Shown here in pieces: positions 1 to 11,785 of a stretch of 64,000 bases of DNA. The position numbers and the translations under genes were made by a program. Numbering within the stretch: the first letter of the stretch is position 1; the number at the start of each line of letters is the position of its first letter. Under the pieces are notes generated by a model, which did no database searches, was not told the origin of the DNA, and saw nothing but the letters and a program-made list of their open reading frames with translations. This DNA comes from Chiloscyllium plagiosum (taxonomy: Eukaryota): assembly GCF_004010195.1 (NCBI RefSeq), contig NC_057719.1:28868556-28932555 (forward strand). Reading direction: 5' to 3'.

Positions 1-2660
1 ACACCTTACTGAAGTCCATATAGATCACAGCTACTGTTCTGCCCTCATTGATCCTCTTTGTTACTTCTTCAAAAAACTCAATTAAGTTTGTGAGACATGA
101 TTTCCCATGCACAAAGCCATGTTGACTATTCCTAATCAGTCCTTGCCTTTCCAAATACATGTACATCCTGTCCCTCAGGATTCCCTCCAACAACTTGCCC
201 ACCACCGACGTCAGGCTCACTGGTCTATAGTTCCCTGGCTTGTCCTTGCCACCTTTCTTAAATAGTGGCACAACGTTAGCCAACCTCCAGTCTTCCAGCA
301 CCTCACCTATGACTATCGATGATACAAATATATCTTAGTAAGCGGCCCAGCAATCATTTCTCTAGCTTTCCAGCGTTCTAGGGTACACCTGATCAGGTCC
401 TGGGGATTTATCCACTTTTATGCATTTCAAGACATTCAGCACTTCCTTCTCTGTAATATGGACATTTTTCAAGATGTCACCATGTATTTCCCTACATTCT
501 ATATCTTCCATGTCCTTTTCCACAGTAAACGCTGATGCAAAATACACAGTTAGTATTTCATGCGACTCCACACAAAGGCTGCCTTGCTCTATTCTCTCCC
601 TAGTTACCCTTTTGTCCTTAATCTATTTGTAAAAACCTTTTGGATTCGCCTTAACCCTATTTGCCAAAACTACCTCATGTCCCTTTTTGCCTTCATGATT
701 TTCTCTTAGGTAAACTCCTACTGCCTTTATACTCTTCCAAGGATTCACTTGATCTATCCTGTCTATACCTGACATATGCTTCCTTTCTGTTCTTAACCAA
801 ACCCTCAATTTCTTTAGCCATCCAGCATTCTCTATACCTACCAGCCTTTCCTTTCACCTTGACAGGAATATACTGTCTCTGCACTCTCGTTATCTCATTT
901 CTGAAGGCTTCCCATTTTCTAGGTGTCCCTTTACATGCGAACATCTCCCCCCCCCCCCCCCCCCCGCCTCCCAACAATCAACTTTTGAAAGTTCTTGTCT
1001 AATACCATCAAAATTGCCTGTTCTCCAATTTAGACCTTCAACTTTTAGATCTGGTCTATGTTTTCCATCACTATTTTAAAACTAATAGAATGGTGATCGC
1101 TGGCCCCAAAGTGCTCCCCCACTGACACCTCAGTCACTTACCCTGCCTTATTACCTATGTATTGTAGAGGGAATTACACTTCAAACCCAGGGCATCAATG
1201 TGGACTTCAGTTTCCTCATTTCCCCTTCCCCCACCTCACCCCAGTTCCAAACTTCCAGCTCAGCACTGTCCCCATGACTTGTCCTACCTGCCTATCTTCC
1301 TTTCCACATATCCACTCCACCCTCCTCCCTGACCTATCACCTCCATCCCCACACCATTCACCTATTGTACTCTATGCTACTTTCTCCTCACCCCCACCCT
1401 CCTCTCATTTATCTCTCTACCCTGCAGGCACTCTGCCTCTATTCCTGATGAAGGGCTTTTGCCAAAAACGTCAATTTTTCTACTGATGAGATGCTGTCTG
1501 ACCTGCTGTGCTTTTCCAGCACCACTCTAATATCAAATCTGGTTTCCAGCATCTGCAGTCCTTGTTTTTACCCAAGAGTAAGTCAAGTTTTGCACCTTCT
1601 CTAGTAAATATATCCACATACTGAATCAGAAAATTTTCTTGTACACTCTTAACTAACTCCTGTCCGTCTAAACCCTTAACTCAATGGCAGTCTCAGTCTG
1701 TGTTCGGAATTGTTAAAATCCCTGATCATAACCAACTTATTTTTCTAATAGTTAACTGAGGTCTCCTTACAAATTTGTTGCTCAATTTCCCTCTGATTAT
1801 TAGGGGGTCTATAATACAATCCCAAAAAGGTGATCATCCCTTTCTTATTTCTCCGTTCCACCCAAATATCTTCCCTGGATGTATTTCCAGGAATATCCTC
1901 CTTCAGTACAGCTGTAATATTATTCCTTATCAGAAATGTCACTTCCCCTGCTCTCTTGCCTCCTTTTCTGTCCTCCTTGTACCATTTGTATCCTGGAACA
2001 TTAAGCTGACAGTCCTGTACAGCCATGTTTCTGTAATTGCTGTGATATCCCAGTCCAATGTTCCTAACTATGCCCTGAGTTCATTTGCATTCTCTCTTAG
2101 GCCCCCTGCATTGAACTAAACGCAGTTTATCATTCCTACCTTGTTCACTGCTTTGTCCCTTGCCTGCCCTGCCTGTTTGTTTGTTTGACTGGCTTCTTTT
2201 TTCAACTGTACCAATCTCCGATTGATCTCATTCCTCACTATCTCCCTGCTACCCCCCCAATCTTACTAGTTTAAATCCTCCCGAGCAGCTCTAGCAAATC
2301 TCCCTGCCAGTATATTAGTCCCCTTCCAATTCAGGTGCAATCCATCCTTCTTGTACAGGTCACTTCTATCCCAGAAGAGATTCCAATGATTCAAAAATGT
2401 GAATCCTTCTCCCCTGCACCAGCTCTTCTGTTATGCATTCATCTGCCCTATATCCTCCTATTCCTACCCTCACTAGCTATTGGAACCGGGAGTAATCCAG
2501 GTATGCCTAACTCTCTGTATTCTCCCTTCAGAATCTCAACCTTTTCCCTTCTATGTTGTTGGTTCCAATGTGTACAGTGACTTCCTGCTGGGCCCTCTCC
2601 CCCTTGCGGACATTCTCTGAGACATCCTTGGTCCTGGCACCAGGGAAGCAACACCATTTT
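1..2660 (-). mobile_element. CR1-clade LINE, decayed (end of ORF1 SGNH esterase, ORF2 endonuclease, start of RT; runs off the window edge)
   Basis: Minus-strand fragments 'VDKSPGPDQVYPRTL', 'WQLNVPGYK..R.DRKGGKR' type, 'GLYYRPPN', and ORF1-type 'REKVEILKGEYRELG'; multiple frameshifts and deletions; clearly homologous to the + strand copy at 53.7-56.5 kb. Confidence 0.92.
1157..1570 (+). mobile_element. Penelope-like element 3' fragment nested in the CR1
   Basis: Same repeat as 9290-9570, 15833-16120 and 50934-51406 (cagggcatcaatgtggactt... pyrimidine tract... ctgatgaagggcttttgcc...tgctgtgcttttccagcacca); CR1 sequence resumes at ~1570. Confidence 0.8.
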
Positions 2661-2699
2661 GTCTGTGCCTTGGACAGTCGATCTCCTGAAACCTGACAT

Positions 2700-2978
2700 A
2701 CTTCTCATTGTATGCCATTTGACCCGTAGAGTCGGCACTGACCCTCCAAAGATTATCCCACCCAGACCCATCCTATCCCCATAACTGAGCATTTAGCATG
2801 GCCAATCCAGCTAATCTGCACATCTTTGGACTGGGAGAAGACCAGCACAGCAGATAGAAACCCACACAGCCACAGGGAGAATGGTGAGCTCCACAATACA
2901 GTCACCCAAGGCTGGAATTGTATATGGGTCCCTGGTGCTGTGAGCCAGCAGTGCTAACCACTGTGCCCCCATGCTGCC
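2700..2978 (-). mobile_element. HE1-type tRNA-derived SINE (diverged)
   Basis: Reverse complement of ggcacagtggttagcactgctg...cacagcaccagggaccc head and conserved body shared with the other copies in the window. Confidence 0.85.
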
Positions 2979-3729
2979 TTGCAAATACTCCAGAGGTGCC
3001 CTGATTTACCACCTCCCCAGGGACCCATGCATCTCAATATCAAGCTGAAGAGGTGCAGCGATGCAGTGGACTCCGAGCTGGCCTAGCCTACAGGACTCTG
3101 GGCAATCAGAGATATCCACTAAAGTTATTTGAGGTATTCAGCAGGTATTCAAGCTCAGCTGCAGCTGTGAAAGCAGCACAAAGACATACGGTAAGAAAAG
3201 AAAGATTAAACTACATTGAAGTTACATTATCTGCACAGATGCTGATCTTCTTTACAACTTGCCACGAATATAGCACTTTGATAATGGGACTACCATGCAA
3301 TCTGTTAATCTGGACTGTTTGTTTATATTTCTCTTCAGACTATCTTGAGGGGCGCTGATTAATGTATGTGTTTGTATGTCATTCTTTGCTGTTCTCTGGG
3401 AGGAGGGTAAACACAGCAAAGCAGGACATTTAGTTTTGGTTTTGGATTGATCAGCAAAGTGTGTTCCCTGTATATCTCTCTAACAGATAGAATGCCCCTT
3501 GTAAACTGATGTTCATGTCATAGAATGCACACTCTTGTAATCCTGCATAACTCTGCTCTGACAAGTGAGCTGATCAGGAGGTTAATAGTACCAAGAGAAC
3601 AAATTAATTTGCAATTAATGGCAAATGAAATAGTGTAACATTTTGAAGATACAAAGCAAGCATTCCCTTGAGAGCAAGAAGGTCTGGACACCATAATTGC
3701 TTGTAGTTCTAATTGACTTATGTGGACAT

Positions 3730-4800
3730 CCGTGGTGAAATCCAACTGCTATCAGGTTCCCTTGGGCCTGTTTTCCCCATTTTACAACTACCCTGTTTTG
3801 TTCAGCATCCTCATTGTCAATGTTGGCTTCATCAGACTCCCCTTCTTCCTCATTTGAGCCATCATGTGGCTGGTCTATCACTCCCACATTAAAGTTCTCA
3901 CCCTCTTGAAGAGCAAGATTGTGCAAGATGAGGAAGCAATCACTACTCTGGAGATCCTGTCTGGTGAATATTGGAGTGCTCCTCCTAAATGGTGCAGGTA
4001 ATGGGAGAACACTTTCAGACCAGTTGTCTGTTCAATGATGGCCCTAGTAGATACTGTGGACAGCATTGAGGTGATATTTGACATCAAGCTAAGGGCTATG
4101 TACTGGGGTTGTTAACAGTGCCTTCTAGAGGTACCCCTTTTTACCTATGACACAATCCTTTTAAGGAGGTGGGCAAACATTCAGGGAACCTAAGAATTGT
4201 GAAGAATGTAAGCATTATGACTGCTCCCTGGATCGTGGGTGTATATCTGCAGGAATTATTGCCTGTGGTCACAAATGTGGGACATTGAGAGAGTGAAATC
4301 CCTTCCTGTTCAGGAATCCAATTGGATGATGAATTGAAGCTTTCAGTGCCACATGTGTGCAGTCGAAGGCCTCGTGTAACTGAGGGAATCCAGTGTTGGC
4401 TGCCAATCTCATGGCATGGGCTCCTTGGCTCTGTGAGTCTGTGGTGAATCAGTAAAACTGTGTGGCTTTCCTGTAAAGGGCAGCAGTGGCTGAATGAAAG
4501 CACCACAAATTTCCCTGGTTGAGGTTTGAAAGGAGCTGGTGATTAGGAGTTTAATGTCACTATGTTGGTTCAAGGCCACAAACACTTCTTTTTTCCCCAA
4601 GCTGCACAGTTGCAGACATATCTGGCAAATGTAGGTGAGGGTGTTCCCAGTGATGTAAAGACATCTCTGGTACTGCCTTTACATCATCTGCAGATAGGTG
4701 CAACTTTGATAGACCCACCCGCAGTGCACTGCGTGACAACACTGAAGACCCTGGCTCCCCTCTTCCAATGCTGCTCATTCTCTGCAGCTCCTGAGGATCA
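3730..4800 (-). pseudogene. PIF/Harbinger DDE transposase relic (HARBI1-like family)
   Basis: Manual minus-strand translation across frameshifts: GFPQLHEAFDCTHVALKA, FLNRKGFHSLNV, ICDH..FLQIYTHDPGSSHNAYIL, IGKKGY, STRAIIEQTTGL..GGALQYSPDRISRVV, LHNLALQ plus acidic tail; this is the DDE_Tnp_4 motif order. Confidence 0.88.
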
Positions 4801-6232
4801 TATATCTGGTTCTGTTTGCACTGGGCATTCCTCTTTCTTGACCTCAGCAATACGAGTAGGTTAAGTTAAATTGATGAAACATCTAGCATGGATGTACTGA
4901 TCTGTGAAGAAATATTAGGAATGGAATGTTTTCCATTTTGAGATCTAGACACAAAGCCCTTAAAGCCCTCATTAAACTGCTCATGTGTTAGGTGAGAACT
5001 ACCATCCAGCCTCCTCTTTTGGGAAAGTGCTCTTCAATGCTCAGTCTGATGTGCAAGATCTTTGTAGCCTTGATCTTGATGTTGCTTTCCATGCATGCGG
5101 CAATTAGCTTAATCTAACTCTTGATCTTCATGATCAACCCACAACTTTGGAATCTACAACTTCACAATGGTTTCATCCGCATGTCATTGGCTTTCTGATA
5201 CATGGGTCTTGTGAAGGCTTCTGCACTGTTGCTTTTGGAATAGCACCTTCCCTCTTCATCACTGTTGGTGAGTCTTGGGTGCCCTTCTTCTCAGAGTTAC
5301 ATGAATCAAATAGATGTTGAGGCTCTTTGACTTTCTAGTCCGCATTCTCTGCTTGAGCTTCTTTTTAAAGGTAATTTAGGACAAATATAGTGGTTGTAAA
5401 TGTTTAATTTGTTCACCTAACCTCAGCCTCTGAACTCCACTTTCTCCTTTCAATAACACATGGTCTTCTGTTTTTCTCTGGAATTCCTCTGTTCTTCTGC
5501 AGTATCTCCCTGTGACTAGGCCCACGCATTATCCTATACATATTCCTGCTCTTCCCCCAATCCCACTCCCACCCAGATCCCGATGCCCAGCCATGGCCTT
5601 ACAATGCTCTACCTGAAAATTCCTTCTGCACCTTAAGTATGCAGTTTCCACCCCTCTTTTTCCCCTTTGACCCTATCAATGTAACTTTCCTCTTTGTTTC
5701 CCTGTATTCCGCAGGACGTTTCCTCCTTATGTCTGCGACAACTACACCCTTAAAGTTCCATTTCTTACCATTCCTTTCCAGCTGTTATAGGATGGGCCAA
5801 GGGACTAAAATTGTTGATATTCGGCAGCTGCATGACCTTGAATGAGTCCTGTGAACATCCCTGTACGTCCGTCAGACAGCACAATCAAAACCTGTTTTTT
5901 ATATAAGCAAGCAGTTTTCTGCATTTGATTTTCTGTGCCTTGCTCTTTGTTACGCTGTGTAAGAGAGAGAGTTTCCTTCCAAGTCGTCAGACTTCACTTT
6001 GAACTGAGATCGTGAACAGTGCTGGGAACAATCCCAGCCATCAACCGAGGGCTCTCCGATGGGCAGAAGGCTGTGAGGCTTATCATTTTGTTTTACTTCC
6101 TTTTTTCATCTGTCATTATTCCTCAATAAATGTTCATATTTAAGCAAATTGCTGGTTTCGAGCCTTTTCTAACTATATTTAACCAAATCCAAAAAGAACT
6201 GCTTCGATGCACTCTGTGATCCAAGACATTTG

Positions 6233-6252
6233 TGGTGATGAGGATGGGATTC
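6233..6252 (+). promoter_or_regulatory. Primer-binding site complementary to the tRNA-Ser(GCU) 3' end
   Basis: tggtgatgaggatgggattc vs expected TGGCGACGAGGATGGGATTC (two CpG-decay mismatches), 4 nt after the LTR terminal CA. Confidence 0.75.
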
Positions 6253-6270
6253 GGCAAAGTGTGTAAGAGA

Positions 6271-6590
6271 AGGGAAAGGTGGCACAGTGGTTAGCACTGC
6301 TGCCTCACAGCGCCAGAGACCCGGTGTCAATTCCCGCCTCAGGTAACTGTGTGGAGTTTGCACATTCTCCCTGTGTCTGCGTTGGGTTTCCTTTGAGTGT
6401 TCCGGTTTCCTCCCACAGTCCAAAAAATGTGCAGGTCAGGTGAATTGGCCACGCTAAATTGTCCGTAGTGTTCAGTGAGGGGGTAAATGTAGGGGAATGA
6501 GTCTGGGTGGGTTGCTCTTCGGAGGGTCGGTGTGGACTTGTGGGCCAAAGGGCCTGTTTCCACACTGTAAGTAATCTAATCTAATCAACC
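6271..6590 (+). mobile_element. HE1-type SINE
   Basis: tggcacagtggttagcac A-box region, B-box-like gtcaattcc, 3' gggcctgtttccacactgtaagtaatctaatctaatc tail. Confidence 0.93.
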
Positions 6591-7527
6591 TAATGCATCC
6601 AAGACCTTCCATATTCCAGGATGGAATGTGGCAGGCTCTGGATTTAGATTTGTAGAAACAAATTGCTGTTGTTGAGCCTTCTCTTTACATTTAACTGAAT
6701 CCAAAAAAAAACCCACTTGGATATGCTATGTGATCCAAGACACTGCTAACCTACTTTTTTTTTGTTGCTGAACCTTTTGAGCTGAGGCCCATTTGCCTGC
6801 CTCTGTGAGGTTTGCAAGGCTTCACCAATGTGCCTGCCATATTTGGGGTGGGCTTGTTGACCTGGTGAGGCTTCACTCTCTGCACTGTAAAAATTTAAGA
6901 ATTGCAAAGAAGAAGACTATGTACAACCGCAATTTCTCATGAACTGGTTGAGCTTGTCAGGCTTAACCTGTTACACTGTAAGCGCTTTGTGTCTGTTTAC
7001 AAGTGGAGCCAAGTAAGTGAAGAAGGTTGTACTTGCTGAAACCCTGCCAAGCAAACGCATCATACAATCAGGCTTGTGAGCACGCAGCTCCCATCTTTGT
7101 CTACCAAGATTATGCTCATCAAAGTAATTCCAGTGAGCTGGGGTTTGGCTGAGTGTTCAGGACATACTAATGAATGCAGAGAGGTTCCAGACCATCAAGG
7201 ACAGGAAAAGCAAACTGTCTGAAAGGATCTGAGAACTAAATACTGAAATGTTAACCGACTATCATTAAATTCCTGTGGCCATCTTCTAAAAAGCTCCTAA
7301 AATGGTGAGATAAACATGCAGGATTAACGTTAAGAACCCAAAAGCCGATGTAGACCCAGCGTTATCTTGTGAAAAACGGAACCCGTATTCCTGCTGAAGA
7401 AGATCCAAATGGACAACACAAGAAAAAGGTTCAGACTGGAAATGCTGAAAAATTAAATATGTAAATGTGGTGGTAAAGGTAAGGATACAACAACATGAAT
7501 GAGCAATACAAACAGATTAAAGTATTT

Positions 7528-9569
7528 GGGAGAAAGTGAGGACTGCAAATGCTGGAGATCAGAGTTGAAAAGTGTGGTGCTGTAAAAGCACAGCCAGTCA
7601 GGCAGCATCCGAGGAGCAGGAGAGTTGACATTTGAGCATAAGCTCTTCATCAGGATTGATGGGGGCGGGGGGATTGCTGGGAATGTGAAAGGTAGATGAA
7701 GATGAGGTGTGATGGTGATAGGGTGGAGCAGATAGTTGGGAAAGGAGATGGACAGGAAGGATGGGTCAAGCGGGCAGTGTCAAGCAAGAGGGTTGGATCT
7801 GGGATAAGGTGGGGAGAGGGGAAATCAATATTGGTCCCGTGTGGTTGGAGGGTCCCAAGGCAGAAGATGAGGCGTTCTTCCTCCAGGCGTTAGGTGGCTA
7901 GAGTTTGGTGGTGGAGGACTTGTATGTCCTTGGAGTGAGAGGGGGGAGTTAAAATGTTCAGCCACAGGGCAGTGGAGTTGTCCCAGAGATGATCTCTGAA
8001 ACGTTCTGCAAGTTGGCGCTCTGTCTTCCCAACGTAGAAAGACCACATCGGGAGCAATGGACACAGTAGATGATGTGTGTGAAAGTACAGGTAAATCTCT
8101 GTTGGATGTGGAAGGATACTTTGGGGCCTTAGACAGAGGTGTGGGGGAGGTATAGGTGCAAATTTTGCAATTCTTGCAGTGGCAAGGGAAAGTGCTGAGA
8201 GTGGAGAGTGGGTTGGTGGGGTGCATGAACTTATCAAGGGAGTCGCCGAAGGAATGTTCTCTGTCGAACGCAGACGGGAGTGGGGAGGGAGGTTTACCCC
8301 TGGATGGTAGGGTCTGTTTGTAGGTGGCGGGAATGGCAGAGGATGATGCAATGTATCTGAAGGCTGATGGGGTGGAAGGCAAGGACCAGAGGGTTCTGTC
8401 CTTGTTGAGGTTGGGGGGTGGGGTTCAAGGGCAGAGGTGCGGAAGTGGAGAAGATGCACTGGATGGCATCATTGACCATGTGAGAGAGGAAATTGCAGTC
8501 CCCGAAGAAGGAAGCCATCTGGGAAGTTCTTGTGGTGGAATTGGTCCTCCTGGGAGCAGATGTGGTGGTAGAGGAATTGGGAGTAAGGGATAGAGTTTTT
8601 GCAGGAGGCAGGGTGGGAGGAAGTGTAGTCCAGATAGCTGTGAGAGTCGGTGGGTTTGAAGTATGTGTCTGTGCTGAGTCGGTCGCTGGAAATGGAGACG
8701 GAGAGGTCCAGGAAGGGGAGGGAGGTGTTCTAGATGGTCCATGTGAACTTGAGCTCAGGGTGGAAGGTGTTCGTGAAGTTGATGAACTGGTAATGAACTC
8801 CGGATATAAGGCTTACCTACAAACGGACCCCACGAGGGATATATTTCCCTCCCCACCCCTCTCTGTGTTCCGCAGAATCCATTCTCTCCTTTGTTAGGTC
8901 CACGTCCCCCACCAACCCACACTCAACTCCTGGCATCTTCCCTGCCACCGCAAGAAGTGCACAACCTGTGCCCAAACCTCCCCCCTCACCTCCATCCAAG
9001 ACCCAAAAGGATCCTTCCACATTCGACCGAGATTTACATATACTTGCACACACGTTGTCCACTGTGTCCGTTGCTCTCAATGTGGTCTCCTCTACATTGG
9101 GGAGACAGGATGCCAACTTGCGGAACATTTCCGAGAACATCTCCGCGACACGTGCACTAAACAACTCCACCGCCCTGTGGCTGAACACTTCAACTCCCGC
9201 TCCCACTCTGCCACGGACATGCAAGTCCTTGGCCTCCTCCAGCACCAAGCGCTAGCCACCCGACATGTGGAAGAAGAACGCCTCATCTTCCACCTCGGAT
9301 ACACATGGAATCATTGTTGATTTCACCGGTTTCCTCATTTCCACTGTCTCCACCTTATCCCAGATCCAACCCTCTGACTTGACACCGCCCTCTTNNNNNN
9401 NNNNNNNNNNNNNNNNNNNNNNNNNNNNNNNNNNNNTTTATTGCTCAGCTCCCTTGGGACCCCCCACCCCCACCCCATTCCTTATGAAGAGCTCATGCTC
9501 AAAACGTTGACTCCCCTGCTGCTTGGATGCTGCCTGATCAGCTGTGCTATTCCAGCACCACACTTCTCG
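7528..9569. mobile_element. Fold-back Penelope-like element: minus arm (RT C-terminus + GIY-YIG + tail, 7528-~8790) joined to plus arm (GIY-YIG + tail, ~8811-9569); 14-bp TSD
   Basis: Plus arm encodes HVVHCVRCSQCGLLYIGETGCQLAEHFREH; minus arm encodes YVGKTERQLAERFRDH and YFKPTDSHSYLDYTSSHP; agattaaagtattt at 7514-7527 and 9570-9583. Confidence 0.9.
9395..9436. other. Assembly gap
   Basis: N run. Confidence 1.
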
Positions 9570-9904
9570 AGATTAAAGTATTTATCAAGGAAAGTTGAAC
9601 TGCGTTTTTAAGAAAAAAGAAACCATGGCTTATGGTTGCAAACTGCAAAAGGTCAAAGAAAGGAGAAAATGGTAGAATCTCAAAACTGAAGAATGCAAGC
9701 AGAAATTGCCTATTGCAAATCGAAACACTTGAATAACAGGCTAAGAGGAGAACAAATGTTTAAAGTGCATATTACATGATGAATTGGATTGCCTAAGAAG
9801 ATCACACCTTAAGTATACAACATCCAGGGAGGTTAGTGGAACCCAGGGTTGGAAACAACAGAGAGGAAGAACGGTGTTTAATGAACAAGTCCCCAATTAA
9901 ACAA

Positions 9905-10078
9905 GTACAATTACAACATTTAAAAGGCATCTGGATGGGTATATGAATGGGAAGGGTTTAGTGGGATTTGGGCTGAGTGCTGGCAAATGGGATTAGATTA
10001 ATTTAGGATATCTGGTCGTCATGGATGAGTTGGACCAAAGGGTCTGTTCTATGCTGTACATCTCTGACTCTATGACTA
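9905..10078 (+). mobile_element. CR1 3' tail fragment
   Basis: tacaattacaacatttaaaaggcatctggatggg...gctgtacatctctgactctatgact; same tail as 20420-20592 and 54655-54823. Confidence 0.85.
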
Positions 10079-11650
10079 AGTAAAATATGAAAGGTGCATT
10101 TTGGAAAAACTAAATGTAAAAGAAAACTAAAACCTGAAATAATACAGCTTGAAGAAGAGTTGTACTTTGACATATCATTGGACCAGAAATACTAGAGGGT
10201 GAATAGCAGTAAATAAGATGAAAAACTGAAAAATCAACAGAGAGATGAAATACCTGCATTATGGTTTAAAACGTACAAATGTAACATCAATACATACTAA
10301 ATTATCAACAATGGCCAGAGAATTTCAGGCAGGTGACAATGAAATTAATGATGTTCTGACTTTCACATATTTAGTCTGATTCTCCATGCATCGGTAGTTT
10401 GGTTGCGAATGATAAGACAGAGTGGGTGGGAAGGCACAGAACCACATTGCAGATGACCAGTTTGAATTCCAGGGAGGCAGAGAGATGTGAGAAGCAATCA
10501 CATTGTAAGATCAATGAGTAAATGCTGTTGAGAGTTCAACATTTGATTTGCAGATTTTTAAAAAGAACAATCAGTCTGGTTGAAGGGACTAAATTCTTAA
10601 CTGAGCTGAAAGATATTGGAATGGACTGGAGAAATAGATGATTAGTAATACACAGGGGACAAACAGCAACAGTAAGAGAAGTCTAAAAGTAGTCAAATGG
10701 AAGAGAGTTCAACAATGCTGTTGTTTAATACTAGTTCTCTTCAATGTCTGTGAAAACATAATCATTAAAGATTGGGAGTGGGGGGTGGAGTAATTTGCCA
10801 GCAGATCAAAGCACTATGGCAAGCACAGAAAAATGATTACTAGAACTAGTTTATAGACCAGAGATGATCTGTGGAATGAAAAGTGAACAGAAAAAAACAA
10901 AGTGCTTATCTTAAAATCATCAACAAAATTCATTGTTCATAGAAAGAAGCATCAAATGCAAGAACTCAAATATTTAGGATGAATAATGTCTGCAGACAGA
11001 AGAAGAAGCAAAGAACTAAGAACAACAATAGCTTTGGGAAAGCTGTATTTACCCAGAAGAGCCAGTTGCTAACCAGGGAAAGCTGAATAAACAACTGAGG
11101 GAGAGACTTGTGAAGTGCTTGATATGGAGTGTTGATTCATACGGATGTGAGACCTTGAACCTTGAGGAAAGAAAAGGCCAACTTGCTAAATAGCTTTTAA
11201 ATGTGGCTTTTGAAGAGCTGAAAGAATCAACTTGTCCAAAAAGAAACAACTGAAGCGTTGAGGAGAATGAACAAACAAAAGGCATTGCTAAATATCGTTA
11301 GTATATAAAACTACTTTTAATTTTCTTTTGACTATGGATGCAAAATGAGAAAAATGGATTCTGCTTTAAAAAGGAGATAAAATGCAATTTCTGAAGAAGG
11401 GTCACGAGATCCAAAACATTAACTCTGATTCTCTCCACAAATGCTACCTGAGATTTTTCTGCCATTTCTGTTTTTGCTTGCTTTTTTATAAAATGCAAGG
11501 AGTTGTTGCAGACTTATGCAAACAAGTGAAGCTGAATGGTGCATATGAAACGCTATCACCTTTTGGGGAGATTGGATCCAGACAAGTGCCACCATTTGCT
11601 ATAGGTTCAGGAAAGCTCAGCAGAGCAATCTCTACAAGATTCCGAAAACA

Positions 11651-11785
11651 CAGTCTGGATTAGAGTGGTGCTGGAAAAGCACAGCAGTTCAGGCAGCGTT
11701 CAAGGAGCAGTAAAATCGACGTTTCGGGCAAAAGCCCTTCATCAGGAATACAGGCAGAGAGCCTGAAGGGTGGAGAGATAAGGTG
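11651..11785 (-). mobile_element. 135-bp Penelope tail insertion with 14-bp TSD, inside an older Penelope-type tail (to ~11930)
   Basis: agattccgaaaaca at 11637-11650 and 11786-11799. Confidence 0.85.
11718..11745 (-). ncRNA. Minimal hammerhead ribozyme core (Penelope-associated type)
   Basis: Minus strand CTGATGA-A-GGGC-TTTT-GCCC-GAAA-CGTC: conserved core, 4-bp stem II, palindromic ACGT stem III and GUC triplet; stem I is short and imperfect. Confidence 0.7.

Larger units (their letters stand above)
5783..6742 (+). mobile_element. Collapsed LTR retrotransposon: LTR (~5783-6228), tRNA-Ser PBS, second copy of the LTR 3' end (~6659-6742)
   Basis: TGTTA start (5' boundary tentative), AATAAA at ~6125, LTR ends ...tgtgatccaagaCA 6228, then tggtgatgaggatgggattc; aaattgctg..gagcctt..atttaac..aatccaaaaa..tgtgatccaagaca is repeated at 6659-6742. 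Confidence 0.65.
7300..11290 (+). mobile_element. RTE-clade LINE relic, interrupted by younger insertions
   Basis: Degenerate motifs in order: PKADVD (~7338, cf. PGADVDSDH), DDQFEFQGGRE..EAI (~10452), RVQQCCCL..LFNV (~10705, cf. RQGC.LSP.LFN), KYLG.IMSADRRRSKELR (~10968), RLVKCLIWSVDSYGCET (~11104). Confidence 0.7.

Noticed and set aside
947-965. Poly-C run giving poly-Gly/Pro ORFs (also 47282-47297)
   Set aside because: Simple homopolymer expansions inside LINE relics.
3730-4800. Domesticated HARBI1 gene
   Set aside because: Multiple stops and frameshifts within the catalytic blocks.
6271-6345. tRNA genes at SINE heads (also 14497, 33055, 38591)
   Set aside because: The A/B-box heads continue into the SINE body and LINE-like tail; they are not stand-alone tRNAs.
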